A stretch of DNA of 64,000 nucleotides from Gemmatimonadota bacterium (GCA_039588015.1 JBDHAS010000001.1:51476-115475); one strand, 5' to 3'. Positions 1 through 10,077 are shown, counted from the stretch's first letter. Program-made: numbers and translations. The notes: a model not told the origin generated them from the letters alone.

Positions 1-875
1 TGGGCGACGTAGAGCCGAGCCTTCCTGCCGTGCTGGTATCTCAAGAGCCACTAGTGAGCGCCATCGAGCGGCTGGGTGTAGAACTCCAGTCACCGATGGT
101 ATGGACGGACTTTGATCGCAGCGGCGCTCACATTCAGCTGTCGGCCGATCTGCGCGTCGAGATGCTCACGGCGCCTAACGTGATGGGGATTCTTCCCGGA
201 TCCGACGAGGAGCTTCGGAGTGAGGTCGTGCTCATCAGCGCACACATGGATGGACTCGGAGTCGGCCCCGCCGTGGATGGCGATTCCATTTACAACGGAG
301 CTGACGACAACGCGTCGGGGACTGCGGCGGTTCTGGAGGTCGCGGAAGCCATGGCGGGTCTGAGGGATCGCCCAAAGCGCTCGGTTGCGTTCCTCGCGGT
401 GAGCGGTGAGGAGAAAGGCCTGCTGGGTTCCGCCTGGTTTGTCGAGAACCCTCCGATCCCGCTCGAGCGGATTGTGGCGAATGTCAACATAGACATGATC
501 GGGCGCAACTGGGAGGACACGATCTCCGTGATCGGCGGACGGTTCTCGACCCTGGGTACGTTGGTCGACAGCGTGGCGGCGGCTAACCCGGAACTGGGTA
601 TCACCATTGTAGGGGATCGCTGGCCCGACCAGGGCTTCTTCTTTCGCTCTGACCACTTCAATTTCGCCCGTGTGGGGATTCCGGCAATCTTCTTCTTCAA
701 CGGCGTGCATGAGGACTACCATCGCCCGTCCGACGAAGTCGGCAAGATCGGATTCGCCAAGGTGGCCCGGATCAGCCGCCTCGTGTTCGAGGTCGTGTTG
801 GCCCTCGCCGACGCGGAGGCTCCGGCTCGTTGGCACCCCGATGCTCGCGCCAGGATAGTCGAGGGTTCGCATTGA
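1..875 (+). CDS. M28 family zinc peptidase/aminopeptidase (5' partial; frame open to window start)
   Basis: SAHMDGLGVGPAVDGDSIYNGADDNASGTAAVLEVAEA and FLAVSGEEKGLLGSAWF are typical M28 metal-binding regions. There is no stop upstream in frame. Confidence 0.75.
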   Translation, partial: GDVEPSLPAVLVSQEPLVSAIERLGVELQSPMVWTDFDRSGAHIQLSADLRVEMLTAPNVMGILPGSDEELRSEVVLISAHMDGLGVGPAVDGDSIYNGADDNASGTAAVLEVAEAMAGLRDRPKRSVAFLAVSGEEKGLLGSAWFVENPPIPLERIVANVNIDMIGRNWEDTISVIGGRFSTLGTLVDSVAAANPELGITIVGDRWPDQGFFFRSDHFNFARVGIPAIFFFNGVHEDYHRPSDEVGKIGFAKVARISRLVFEVVLALADAEAPARWHPDARARIVEGSH

Positions 876-1762
876 TTCGATTTGGGCCCGCTGGCTGGAG
901 TTACTCCGACTGGGCCGGGGTAGTCTACCCGCAGCCGCGGCCGAGGGGCTTCGATCCGCTCGCCTACCTGGCGCGCTTCTTCGACACGCTGGAGGTCAAT
1001 TCTACGTTCTACCGACCGGCGCGAGCCGAAGTTGCACAGCGTTGGGCTCGTCGCGTGTCGGAGAACGCGGACTTCAAGTTCACTGCCAAACTCTGGCAGC
1101 GATTCACGCACCAGCGGGAATCCACCTGGACGGCGGATGAGGCCGATATGGTACATGCGGGCCTGGATCCGCTAGCGGAGCGCAACCGCCTGGGTGCCGT
1201 TCTTGTACAGTTCCCCTGGTCATTCAAGGCCAGCGACCCATCGCTAGAGTGGTTGTCCGATGTCGTTTCCGCGTTCAACGAGTACCCGCTGGTAGTGGAG
1301 GTCCGACACGCCTCTTGGAACCAGCCGGAGTTCTACCGCTGGCTCGGCGAACACGGAATAGGGTTCGTGAATATCGACCAACCTCTCTTCAGCCGGTCGA
1401 TCGAGCCGTCGGCAAAAGCCAGTGGGCCGGTGGGCTACGTCAGGTTGCACGGTCGAAACTACGAAGACTGGTTCCGCGAAGATGCGGGCCGGGACGCTCG
1501 CTATGATTACCTGTATGAGCGCTCGGAACTCGAGCCGTGGATTGAGCGGATTCGCGAACTTGCTCGCGGTGGCTTGGCGGAAGACGTGTACGTCGTCACC
1601 AACAACCACTACCGAGGTCAGGCGGTGGCCAACGCGGTCATGCTCGCTTCGATGATCCGGGGGCGCCCGCAATGTGCGCCGGAGCCCTTGTTGGCGGCTT
1701 TCGCTCAGCCGTTGAAGGGGCTGGCCGAAGCGGATCCAGGACCCCAGAGAACGCTGCTGTAG
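872..1762 (+). CDS. DUF72 (UPF0759) family protein
   Basis: N-terminus [13 protein letters not shown]...[17 protein letters not shown] is a DUF72 hallmark. In-frame TTG at 872 overlaps the upstream stop. Confidence 0.7.
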   Translation: MIRFGPAGWSYSDWAGVVYPQPRPRGFDPLAYLARFFDTLEVNSTFYRPARAEVAQRWARRVSENADFKFTAKLWQRFTHQRESTWTADEADMVHAGLDPLAERNRLGAVLVQFPWSFKASDPSLEWLSDVVSAFNEYPLVVEVRHASWNQPEFYRWLGEHGIGFVNIDQPLFSRSIEPSAKASGPVGYVRLHGRNYEDWFREDAGRDARYDYLYERSELEPWIERIRELARGGLAEDVYVVTNNHYRGQAVANAVMLASMIRGRPQCAPEPLLAAFAQPLKGLAEADPGPQRTLL

Positions 1763-1860
1763 TCTGCCGTCCTCCCACCACCCAACCCGCTCTTCTATAT
1801 TTGGGCCCTAACAGTCTTCCGGACCGAGGCCGGACCTGTGCCCTAGAAAAGGCTGACTGG

Positions 1861-3657
1861 GTGGAAACCGGGCAAATTCGCAACTTCTGCATCATCGCGC
1901 ACATTGACCACGGCAAGTCGACGCTTGCCGACCGGATGCTGGAGCTGACCGGTACCGTCGATCCGCGCCGCATGAAGGACCAGGTCCTCGACTCGATGGA
2001 CCTGGAGCGGGAGCGCGGCATCACCATCAAAGCCCACGCAATTCGACTCATCTACCGGGCGTCAGATAAAGGCGAGTACGAGCTGAACCTTATCGACACG
2101 CCGGGCCACGTCGATTTCACCTACGAGGTCAGCCGCAGCCTCGCCGCGTGCGAGGGTGCTCTCCTGGTGGTCGACGCCAGCCAGGGTATCGAGGCGCAGA
2201 CCCTGTCCAACCTGTTTCTGGCCCTGGAGGCAGGATTGACCGTGGTCCCTATCATCAACAAGATCGACCTGCCGGCGGCGGAGCCAGCGAGACGGCGCGC
2301 AGAGCTGGCCGATCTTCTGGGATGCAGCGAAGAGGATGTTCTGCTGGTAAGTGCCAAGAACGGCACCGGCGTGGAGGAAACACTCGAGGCGGTTGTGGAA
2401 CGCGTCCCGCCTCCAAGCGGTGACCCTGACGGCCCGCTGCGTGCCCTGATCTTTGATTCCCAGCACGACAACTTCCAGGGCGCCGTGCCGCTCATCCGCG
2501 TTGTAGATGGCCGTGTACGACCCGGCACCAAGATCGCCTTCGGCTCTAACGGGTCGGTCTATGAAGTGCGCGAGGTGGGCTACCTGCGGCTCGGCGCGGT
2601 CGCGACGGAGGAGCTCGAAGCCGGCGAGGTGGGATACCTCACGGCGCAGATCAAGTCGATCGTCGATACCAAAGTCGGCGATACGGTGCTCGAGGCGGGT
2701 CGGCGGGCCACCGAGCTATTGCCCGGCTACCGAGAAGTGAAGCCGATGGTCTTCGCCGGTCTCTATCCCGGCGACTCCGACCAGTACGAGCGTCTGAGGG
2801 GGGCGCTCGAAAAGCTCAAGCTGAACGACGCGGCGATCCATTATGAGTTCGAGACGAGCGAAGCGCTCGGTTTCGGGTTTCGTTGCGGTTTCCTCGGGCT
2901 CCTGCACATGGAGATCGTGAGGGAGCGCCTGGAACGCGAGTTCGACCTCGACCTCGTCAGCACGGTACCCAATGTCGAGTATCGCGTGCACTTGAAGGGC
3001 GGCGCGTGGTTGGAGGTCGAGAATCCGGCTCGCATGCCCGCGCCCGCCGAGATCGCCCATATTGAGGAGCCATACGTCAGGGTGCGGATCGTATGCCCCT
3101 CGGACTATATCGGTGGCGTTCAGAAGCTGTGTCACGAGCGGCGGGGCGAGTACGGCCACATCCACTACATCGATAGCCAACGTGTGGAGGTCATGTACGA
3201 ACTTCCGCTCGCCGAGATGGTCCTCGATTTCTATGAGAAACTCAAGTCTCTGACGCGCGGAACCGGAAGCCTCGACTACGATACTGCCGGGCACCGATCG
3301 AGCGACCTGGCGCGCCTCGACATTCTGCTGAACGGCGAGTCGGTCGACGCGCTCAGCATGATCGTCCATAGGGACAAGGCTTCCTACTACGGCCGGGCGC
3401 TCGTCGAAAAGCTGCGGGAGCTGATACCGAGACAACTCTTTGCGGTAGCGATCCAGGCCGCGATCGGCAATCGTGTCATATCGCGAGAGACGGTCCGCCC
3501 GCTGCGCAAAGACGTGACTGCCAAGTGCTACGGAGGCGACGTCACGCGAAAGCGGAAGTTGCTCGAGAAGCAGAAGGAGGGGAAGCGGAGGATGAAACGA
3601 GTGGGGCGCGTGGAGGTGCCCCGAGAGGCGTTTCTTGCCATCTTAGAGGTCAATTGA
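1861..3657 (+). CDS. lepA: Elongation factor 4 (LepA), translational GTPase
   Basis: G1 motif region [26 protein letters not shown]; DTPGHVDF; NKIDL. Length is about 599 aa from an in-frame GTG at 1861. Confidence 0.9.
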   Translation: METGQIRNFCIIAHIDHGKSTLADRMLELTGTVDPRRMKDQVLDSMDLERERGITIKAHAIRLIYRASDKGEYELNLIDTPGHVDFTYEVSRSLAACEGALLVVDASQGIEAQTLSNLFLALEAGLTVVPIINKIDLPAAEPARRRAELADLLGCSEEDVLLVSAKNGTGVEETLEAVVERVPPPSGDPDGPLRALIFDSQHDNFQGAVPLIRVVDGRVRPGTKIAFGSNGSVYEVREVGYLRLGAVATEELEAGEVGYLTAQIKSIVDTKVGDTVLEAGRRATELLPGYREVKPMVFAGLYPGDSDQYERLRGALEKLKLNDAAIHYEFETSEALGFGFRCGFLGLLHMEIVRERLEREFDLDLVSTVPNVEYRVHLKGGAWLEVENPARMPAPAEIAHIEEPYVRVRIVCPSDYIGGVQKLCHERRGEYGHIHYIDSQRVEVMYELPLAEMVLDFYEKLKSLTRGTGSLDYDTAGHRSSDLARLDILLNGESVDALSMIVHRDKASYYGRALVEKLRELIPRQLFAVAIQAAIGNRVISRETVRPLRKDVTAKCYGGDVTRKRKLLEKQKEGKRRMKRVGRVEVPREAFLAILEVN

Positions 3658-3750
3658 GCCGGGGCCCCGGCTGCCGAGCCGCCAGGCCCCGGGCCGGGCT
3701 CGGGAGGCCGGGTCAGTTCGCGCTTGAGACCGATCGGTACCAACAAGGAC

Positions 3751-3768
3751 GCGGTCGCTAGCGACCGC
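3751..3768. promoter_or_regulatory. Perfect 18-bp palindrome GCGGTCGCTAGCGACCGC, candidate operator about 30 bp upstream of the ROK kinase start
   Basis: Read directly; the sequence equals its own reverse complement. It lies in the lepA-ROK intergenic region. Confidence 0.35.
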
Positions 3769-3799
3769 CCGCAACCGCTAGAAGGACTGGGGGCATAGA

Positions 3800-4801
3800 G
3801 TGATATCCGACGCGAGAAGGGCTTCTTGGGTTATCGGAGTCGACATTGGGGGCACGAATCTCAATGTCGGGGTCGTTCCCCTTGAGGGTGGCCAGCCGAT
3901 CGCATTTCGCACACAGTCGACGGAGGCTCAGCGGGGGGCGAAATTCGTCGTAGATCGAGTGGTTCGAATGATCAAGGAAGCGATCAGGGAGGTGATGGAC
4001 CAGGAGGAGGCCGGGCGTGAGGCCTTCGCCGGCGTTGGCATCGGCTCCCCGGGTCCCTTGGACAGGGAAACCGGCACGGTGATCAGCACTCCGAACCTTG
4101 GCTGGCGCAACTTCCCGCTGCGCGATCTGATCCAGAACGCTGTGGGTTTGCCGGCGACCCTCGATAACGACGCGAACGCGGCCACGTACGGCGAGTGGTG
4201 GTTGGGGGCTGGCCGCAACGTTGACACGCTAGTTGGCGTCACCTTGGGAACGGGTATCGGCGGCGGTATGGTCCTGAACGGCGAGCTGTACCACGGCGCT
4301 TCGGACGCCGCTGCAGAGATCGGTCACATGACCATCGACTCGACGGGCCGAAAGTGCAAATGCGGCAACTACGGTTGTCTGGAGGCCTACGCCTCCGGCC
4401 CGGCGATCGCGGCGAGAGCGATCGAGGGTCTCGACTCCGGTGCCATGTCGATCCTGCCGGAGCTGGCCGGCGACACGCAGAACATTACGGCCGAGACGGT
4501 GTTCGAGGGCGTCGTTCAAGACGATGCGTATGCGACGGAAGTCATAAACGACACGGCCAAGTTCCTTGGAGTCGGTCTGGCAAACATCATCAATCTCTTG
4601 AACCCGGAGCTTCTGGTCATCTCCGGCGGTGTGACCAGGGCAGGGGACCACCTCTTTGACCCACTCCGCGCGGAAGTGCGCCGGCGCGCGTTCCGCGTGG
4701 CCGAACAGTCGTGCCGTATCATGCCATCTGAGCTCCAGGGTAAGGCAGGCGTGATAGGAGCAGTCGCATGCTTCAAGAAAGAGAAATGGGGCGAAGTCTA
4801 G
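3800..4801 (+). CDS. ROK family sugar kinase (glucokinase-like; no N-terminal HTH)
   Basis: VIGVDIGGTNLNVGVV ATP-binding start; the CKCGNYGCLEAYASG zinc motif is a ROK signature. GTG start. Confidence 0.8.
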   Translation: MISDARRASWVIGVDIGGTNLNVGVVPLEGGQPIAFRTQSTEAQRGAKFVVDRVVRMIKEAIREVMDQEEAGREAFAGVGIGSPGPLDRETGTVISTPNLGWRNFPLRDLIQNAVGLPATLDNDANAATYGEWWLGAGRNVDTLVGVTLGTGIGGGMVLNGELYHGASDAAAEIGHMTIDSTGRKCKCGNYGCLEAYASGPAIAARAIEGLDSGAMSILPELAGDTQNITAETVFEGVVQDDAYATEVINDTAKFLGVGLANIINLLNPELLVISGGVTRAGDHLFDPLRAEVRRRAFRVAEQSCRIMPSELQGKAGVIGAVACFKKEKWGEV

Positions 4802-4979
4802 GCCGGCAACACAGACTTTGAGGGGTCGCGCTGACCCGGCGAAGTCGTTAGGTTGGACCTCAGTACCTACCTCGATCCGCTCGTAGCGAAATAGAACCGT
4901 GCGGTGGCGCTGGGAAAGCGAGGGGCGTGCCCCACCTGCAGGCCACCAGTCAGGAAACTGGGGGGACTGAGCCACCAGC

Positions 4980-5945
4980 ATGCGGCTCTTTGGGGTCATT
5001 GGCACCATGGTATGGGACACGATCCGGCGGGAGACTCCGGTCGGGTCGTCGGTCGAAGAGTGGGGAGGGATCAGCTACGCGCTGGCGGCCGCCGACGCAC
5101 TAACGCCGTCCGACTTCAAGGTAAGACCCGTTGTCAAGCTGGGCCGTGACCTCGCCGAGCGAGGTTTTCGGTTTCTAAAGGGCCTGGCAGTGGTGGAGAC
5201 GGATGAGACGATCCACGTGGTCGACTCGCCGAATCCACGCGTGGAGCTTCGTTACAGGGGCACGGAACGGTGGTGCGAGCGCCTGCAGGGTGGTGTGCCG
5301 GCATGGACATGGGAGGAGCTGGCGCCGCGCGTCGAAGGGTGCGACGCGCTCTATATCAACTTCATCACCGGGTATGAGCTCGAGCTGGAGGTCGCGCAGC
5401 AGATACGGCGCAACTTCGGTGGTCCCATATACGCGGACATCCACTCGCTGATGCTGGCGCTGGGTCCAGGGGGTGAGCGGAGCCTGAAACCGTTGGAGCG
5501 ATGGGCCGAGTGGCTCGGCTGTTTCGATGCAATACAGCTCAACGAGGACGAGCTGATCTTTCTAAGTAGTCACTGGGGGGATCCGTGGGCGTTTGCCGCG
5601 GATGTGGTCGGCCGAGAGACGCGGCTGCTGTTTGTGACGCTGGGTCCAGCTGGCGCAGCCTACGTGATGGCCCCAGATGCGCTGCCGTTGACCCACGCCG
5701 GCCGTAGCGTCCTCGAGACTCCTGGCCCGGTCAGTACCGGTCGGCTGGATGTGGAGCCGGTGGCGGAGGGCGATCCGACGGGATGCGGCGATGTCTGGGG
5801 CATGACGGCTTTCCATGCAGCCGTTTCGGGCCCGGATGTCGAGCAGGCCGTCCGCCGCGCGAACGCTGCGGCCAGAGCCAACGTCGTGCATCGCGGTACT
5901 TCGGGCTTGAGTAACTACCTTCGGGGTGAGATTGGCCGTGCATAA
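4980..5945 (+). CDS. PfkB/ribokinase-family carbohydrate kinase
   Basis: C-terminal DPTGCGDVWGMTAF (PfkB GAGD-type anion-hole motif) and overall size. Confidence 0.6.
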   Translation: MRLFGVIGTMVWDTIRRETPVGSSVEEWGGISYALAAADALTPSDFKVRPVVKLGRDLAERGFRFLKGLAVVETDETIHVVDSPNPRVELRYRGTERWCERLQGGVPAWTWEELAPRVEGCDALYINFITGYELELEVAQQIRRNFGGPIYADIHSLMLALGPGGERSLKPLERWAEWLGCFDAIQLNEDELIFLSSHWGDPWAFAADVVGRETRLLFVTLGPAGAAYVMAPDALPLTHAGRSVLETPGPVSTGRLDVEPVAEGDPTGCGDVWGMTAFHAAVSGPDVEQAVRRANAAARANVVHRGTSGLSNYLRGEIGRA

Positions 5946-5972
5946 CAGCAAACATCGGGGGAGTGGCGACAG

Positions 5973-6881
5973 GTGACCTTCGTTCTGCCTGTGCCGGAGA
6001 CGCTGGACGAGAAGGGCTTCGAGTCGCTGACCAGCGGCTGGGCTGAAGCCGGCAGTAGCCGGCTATTGCTCGACGCCAGGCACGTGCACTGGGTCAGCCC
6101 TTACGGCGTACTCGGGCTTCTGGCAATGGGGTCCGCCTGGCACGGCCGTTCAGGCGAGCATGCCCTTCTGCAGCCTCCTGAGAGCAGGGAGGTGGCCAGC
6201 TATCTGGCGCGCATCGGGTTCTACGAGGCGGCCCACAAAATCTTCGAGTTCCAGGAGCGAGTCAGAAAACGTGCCGCCGCCGAGTCCGATGCCCTGCTCG
6301 AGATCACTCCGGTCGAGTCGCATCAGGATGTGCATGACGTCGTCGATCGGGTGCGAGATCGTGCGGTCATGATTCTCGGCAAGCGACTCGGATACCCACC
6401 GCCCGCAGTGCTCCACTTCAGCGTGATCCTATCCGAGGTATGTCAGAACATCGTCGAGCATGCCGGGGCAGACGGGTGGGTGTCGGCACAGGCCTACAAT
6501 TGGCGGCAACGACTGGGCCGACAGGTCGTCGTCATAGCCGTCATGGATGTAGGTATGGGATTTCGCGGTTCGCTTGCGCGCGAGCACGCGCAGCAGTATG
6601 GGGATCGTTGGTCGGACGAGACGGCGCTGGAGGCAGCGTTCCTGCACGGCGTGTCGCGCTACCGTGATCCGGGCCGTGGCCAGGGCTTGCAGGGCATCCG
6701 TAAGCAGGTGTCCCGTTGGAATGGCCTGTTCACGATCCGCAGCGGCACGGCGCAGATCGCTGAGGTGCCCGATTGGATAGATAAGAAACCTGTAGTCGGT
6801 GGCCTTCCGGATTTTCCGGGAGCGCAGATCCAGATTGTATTGCCGCAGCTCGTCCCGCCGGGTAGCGGCGAGCGGTCATGA
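5973..6881 (+). CDS. GHKL/HATPase_c-type ATP-binding protein (RsbW/SpoIIAB-like serine-kinase fold)
   Basis: N-box SEVCQNIVEHAG, G1 DVGMGF and G2 GRGQGLQGI. GTG start with a GGGGGAG SD. The stop overlaps the SD of the next gene. Confidence 0.6.
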   Translation: MTFVLPVPETLDEKGFESLTSGWAEAGSSRLLLDARHVHWVSPYGVLGLLAMGSAWHGRSGEHALLQPPESREVASYLARIGFYEAAHKIFEFQERVRKRAAAESDALLEITPVESHQDVHDVVDRVRDRAVMILGKRLGYPPPAVLHFSVILSEVCQNIVEHAGADGWVSAQAYNWRQRLGRQVVVIAVMDVGMGFRGSLAREHAQQYGDRWSDETALEAAFLHGVSRYRDPGRGQGLQGIRKQVSRWNGLFTIRSGTAQIAEVPDWIDKKPVVGGLPDFPGAQIQIVLPQLVPPGSGERS

Positions 6882-6894
6882 GGAGGGCGTGGGA

Positions 6895-7638
6895 ATGGGT
6901 GAACGGGCGACCGAGGGTAAACCTGGCGGTGTCGATACGGTGCTCCACACTTCTGTGGCAATGCTATACAGCAATCTCGTCACCAGACCGACGGGTCGAG
7001 CGGTTCGTTTCGCGATCGAGCAGCAGATCGAGCAGTCGGGCGGGAATTGCCTATCGATTCTCGACTTCTCTCAGGTCGGGATCATTGATTTCAGTTGCGC
7101 CGACGAGATCATCGCGAAGCTGCTGAACAAGTATCGGGGACCGGATCGGTCCAACGAGGCGTATTTCGTTCTGCAGGGAGTCGAGGAGCATCACAAGGAA
7201 CCGATCGAGACGGTCCTCGAGAGGCATAACCTGCTTCTCGTTACGGTCGACAAGGGGCAGCCCTCGCTCTGGGGGCCTGCGCCTATGCGCCTGCGTTCGG
7301 CGTGGGACAGGCTCAGCCGGTTCCGTCGCGCTTTCACGGGCGATTTCGCTGCTGACGCCGGCCTCAATGCACGCGCCGCCAATTCGTGGTTGAATCGGCT
7401 CGTTAGCATGCGAGTGGCGGTTCCCGATGGCTCGGACTGCTACTCGAGCTTGTCGGCTGTCATCGACCGCCCGGCGTATGACGCGGGACCTGTCGATGCT
7501 TCCGGCTACAAGGCTGCCGCGGAGCAGTCGGGTCCTTACGGCACGGAGCGGCAACGGCCCGCTCCTCATGGCGGTTCAGAAGAAGTCGACACGATGCCGT
7601 ACTCCGGCGGGGACCCGGATCTGCCCTCGACACCCTAG
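6895..7638 (+). CDS. DUF4325 (STAS-like) domain protein with a long low-complexity C-terminal tail
   Basis: MLYSNLVTRPTGRAVRFAIEQQIEQSGGNCLSILDFSQVGIIDFSCADEIIAKLL resembles the STAS-like DUF4325 family that commonly partners with HATPase_c proteins. ATG at 6895 is preceded by AGGAGGG. Confidence 0.55.
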   Translation: MGERATEGKPGGVDTVLHTSVAMLYSNLVTRPTGRAVRFAIEQQIEQSGGNCLSILDFSQVGIIDFSCADEIIAKLLNKYRGPDRSNEAYFVLQGVEEHHKEPIETVLERHNLLLVTVDKGQPSLWGPAPMRLRSAWDRLSRFRRAFTGDFAADAGLNARAANSWLNRLVSMRVAVPDGSDCYSSLSAVIDRPAYDAGPVDASGYKAAAEQSGPYGTERQRPAPHGGSEEVDTMPYSGGDPDLPSTP

Positions 7639-7706
7639 GACTAGACTCGTCTTGCAGCCGCCGAATGGTTGTGTTGCCGGGAGGTTGGAGCGGCGAGACG
7701 TTGACC

Positions 7707-7740
7707 CTCCCTTGGGTCGCCAATAGATTCGAAAGGGCGA
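7707..7740 (+). promoter_or_regulatory. Candidate sigma70-like promoter for nifU-like gene (TTGACC-17-TAGATT)
   Basis: Hexamers read by eye; weak. Confidence 0.25.
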
Positions 7741-7772
7741 CTAGTGGTAGTTTTTATTGACGGAGAGGCGAC

Positions 7773-8012
7773 ATGGCGGCGGCAGAGACGTTGGACAAGA
7801 TCGAGGCTGTCATCGACGAGATTCGCCCGGCGATTAGGGCGGACGGCGGTGATGTCGAGTTGGTCAGCTTCGATCCGGAGGAAGGCCGGGTCGAGCTTCG
7901 GCTCGTCGGTGCCTGCCATAGCTGTCCGTATTCGCTCTTGACGCTGAAGGGTGGCATCGAGCACCGGCTGAGAACCATCCTGCCCGAGGTCAAGATGGTG
8001 GTCGCGGTTTGA
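7773..8012 (+). CDS. NifU-like Fe-S cluster assembly domain protein
   Basis: IRPAIRADGGDVELV...ELRLVGACHSCPYSLLTLKGGIE is the NifU C-terminal (Nfu) signature with a CxxC pair. Confidence 0.85.
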   Translation: MAAAETLDKIEAVIDEIRPAIRADGGDVELVSFDPEEGRVELRLVGACHSCPYSLLTLKGGIEHRLRTILPEVKMVVAV

Positions 8013-8034
8013 CCTGACGAGCCCGGCGTCGAGT

Positions 8035-8070
8035 GGCCGGCATGGGGTGCCCCTGTGCCGGTTTTTTTTG
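8035..8070 (+). terminator. Rho-independent terminator (GC hairpin CCGGCA...TGCCGG followed by T8)
   Basis: gccggcatggggtgcccctgtgccggtttttttt lies immediately downstream of the nifU-like stop. Confidence 0.55.
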
Positions 8071-8144
8071 TATTCTGGGTCCTTCCTGAGATTCGTAGGC
8101 AGCGAGGAGAAGGATGCCCAACCACGTTCACGAGGTGACGATAG

Positions 8145-9059
8145 ATGATGGACGAACACGATCGAGCGGGAGATAGCAAGACTTGGCGGAAGTTGCCGGT
8201 CATGGGTCAAGCGGGGCCAGAGCAGACTCAGCCCGAGGCGGCACCGCCAGAAGAGGCGGGACCGCAGTCGATCCCCGGTATCCGCCACGTGATAGCTGTG
8301 AGCTCGGGCAAAGGAGGCGTTGGCAAGACCACCGTCGCCGCCAATCTCGCGACGGCCCTCGCGCATCGAGGTGTTAGGGTGGGTCTGATGGACGCGGACG
8401 TCTACGGCCCCGACATCCCGATCATGTTCGGCGTTCATTCGAGGCCAAGCATAACACAGGAAGAACGTGTGGTTCCGTTGGAGGCGCACGGCGTGAAGCT
8501 GATGAGCATCGGCTTTCTCTTGGACGATGACACACCGGCCATTTGGCGCGGCCCGATCGTGATGGGCATCATTCGCCAGTTCCTCCAGCAGGTGGACTGG
8601 GGAGAACTGGACTACCTCGTCGTGGACATGCCGCCGGGTACCGGCGACGCTCAGCTCTCGCTGGTTCAGCTGGTCAAGGTAGACGGCGCCGTGATGGTTA
8701 CCACGCCTCAGGGTATGGCGGTGGCAGATGTACTGAAGGGGATCAAGATGTTCGAGCGCGTGGACGTCCCGGTGATCGGTCTGGTTGAGAACATGAGCGG
8801 CTTCGTGTGCCCGCACTGCAACGAGGAGACCGATGTCTTCGGGCGTGGAGGTGGCCAGAAGCTAGCGGCGATTGCCGGCGTACCGTTTTTAGGCGAAATC
8901 CCATTGGGCGCGGCGGTCGTGGCTACGAGTGACGCAGGGCGCCCAACGGTAGTTGCGGACCCACAGTCGCCCGAAGCGAAAGCATTCGCAGAAGTGGCAG
9001 AGAGAATCGCCCGCGCCGCGGAAGCGGCGGCTGATCGGGCACAGGCGCCGAGTACCTGA
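8145..9059 (+). CDS. apbC: Mrp/ApbC/NBP35 family Fe-S cluster carrier ATPase
   Basis: Walker A in VIAVSSGKGGVGKTTVAANLATALA; CPHC motif (GFVCPHCNEETDVFG). The true start may be the internal ATG near 8202. Confidence 0.85.
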   Translation: MMDEHDRAGDSKTWRKLPVMGQAGPEQTQPEAAPPEEAGPQSIPGIRHVIAVSSGKGGVGKTTVAANLATALAHRGVRVGLMDADVYGPDIPIMFGVHSRPSITQEERVVPLEAHGVKLMSIGFLLDDDTPAIWRGPIVMGIIRQFLQQVDWGELDYLVVDMPPGTGDAQLSLVQLVKVDGAVMVTTPQGMAVADVLKGIKMFERVDVPVIGLVENMSGFVCPHCNEETDVFGRGGGQKLAAIAGVPFLGEIPLGAAVVATSDAGRPTVVADPQSPEAKAFAEVAERIARAAEAAADRAQAPST

Positions 9060-9207
9060 GTTACACGGGCGCGGCAGCCTCGTTGGTCGATCAACGACCC
9101 CGGCAGTCAGTCCCGACAGATCATCGGCTGGATGAGCAGGGATGAGAACAAACAAGTAGGGACCGCTTGCGGCGGCCCCTACGCTGGCTGGCGGTAAGCA
9201 GGCCCGT

Positions 9208-10077
9208 CTACAGGCGGGCGATCTTGATCCCTCCCAGCGCCCCGCTAATAGAGAGCGTCAGGTGATTTTTGGCTGTGTCCCAGTTCTGACTGAGCCACAC
9301 GCCGCCGTCGTGCTTTTCGAAACCGGGCGCGTCGAACGACATCAGGAAGGTGCTGCGCTCGACTCGAACGCCCAGCTCTGACGGGACAGCTATCTCGATC
9401 GTCCCAAGTCCCACGTTGATGTCGCCGGTCGCGTCGTGGTCCCAGTCGCCGGAAAAGTCGAGGCTCAGCGTGCCAACGCCTCCCGACACTGTGATCCTCT
9501 CGCAACGTGAGTTGCCCAAGTTATCGACGCGAAACTGAGCTGCCCCGGCTTTGAATGAGCAGTGCTCCGCCGTTTCACGATTCGTCTCGCTGAACCATAT
9601 GTGGGTATCGCTGGCTCCGGTCTCGAGTACGAGGTTCTGCAACCTGAGGCCGCCGAGGTCGAGGCGGGCCTCTGCAGCCCCGAATTTCATGGCCAGAACC
9701 ACTGGCGTCGCGCCGGTCAGGTCGACACTCAAGTTGCCAGCCTCGAAGTCGTAATCCTTCAGGTCCTTGAGGTCGACTTCTTCGTGTCCTTCGATGTCTA
9801 TGCGCAGGCTGCCGCGACCCTTCGATTCCAGGTAGCTGCTCGTGAGCTTGAACGCCTCCTCGTCATACTTCGAGTCAAGGCGGTAGAGTAGTCTGTCCGA
9901 ACCTCGTTTCAACTCGAAGCGCCCGACCGCGTAGTTGATCTTCACGTCCAGGAAGTCCTGGCCTCGCCGCTGGCGCGATTTGGCCACGGTCTTCCAACTC
10001 TGGGCCTCTGCCGGTGCGGCCGCGCCGAACCCCAGCACGAGCAGGAGGATGACCGGAACGGCGAGTCTATATCTCAT
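9208..10077 (-). CDS. Secreted DUF4097/LiaG-like beta-helical putative adhesin domain protein
   Basis: Signal peptide MRYRLAVPVILLLVLGFGAAAPAEA. Repetitive beta-strand segments (LSVDLTG..., LSLDFSGDWDHDATGDINV...) are typical of DUF4097. ATG at 10077 with GGAGAAGGG SD. Overlaps the upstream gene by 11 nt. Confidence 0.55.
   Translation of the reverse strand: MRYRLAVPVILLLVLGFGAAAPAEAQSWKTVAKSRQRRGQDFLDVKINYAVGRFELKRGSDRLLYRLDSKYDEEAFKLTSSYLESKGRGSLRIDIEGHEEVDLKDLKDYDFEAGNLSVDLTGATPVVLAMKFGAAEARLDLGGLRLQNLVLETGASDTHIWFSETNRETAEHCSFKAGAAQFRVDNLGNSRCERITVSGGVGTLSLDFSGDWDHDATGDINVGLGTIEIAVPSELGVRVERSTFLMSFDAPGFEKHDGGVWLSQNWDTAKNHLTLSISGALGGIKIARL

Noticed and set aside
7641-8816. 391-aa ORF antisense to nifU-like and mrp genes
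   Set aside because: Overlaps two well-supported plus-strand genes and has low-complexity composition; a high-GC antisense artefact.
9060-9207. Convergent intergenic hairpins between mrp and the DUF4097 gene as bidirectional terminators
   Set aside because: Inverted repeats (GTAGGG...CCCTAC; GCCCG...CGGGC) are short with long loops and no flanking U-tracts; too weak to call.
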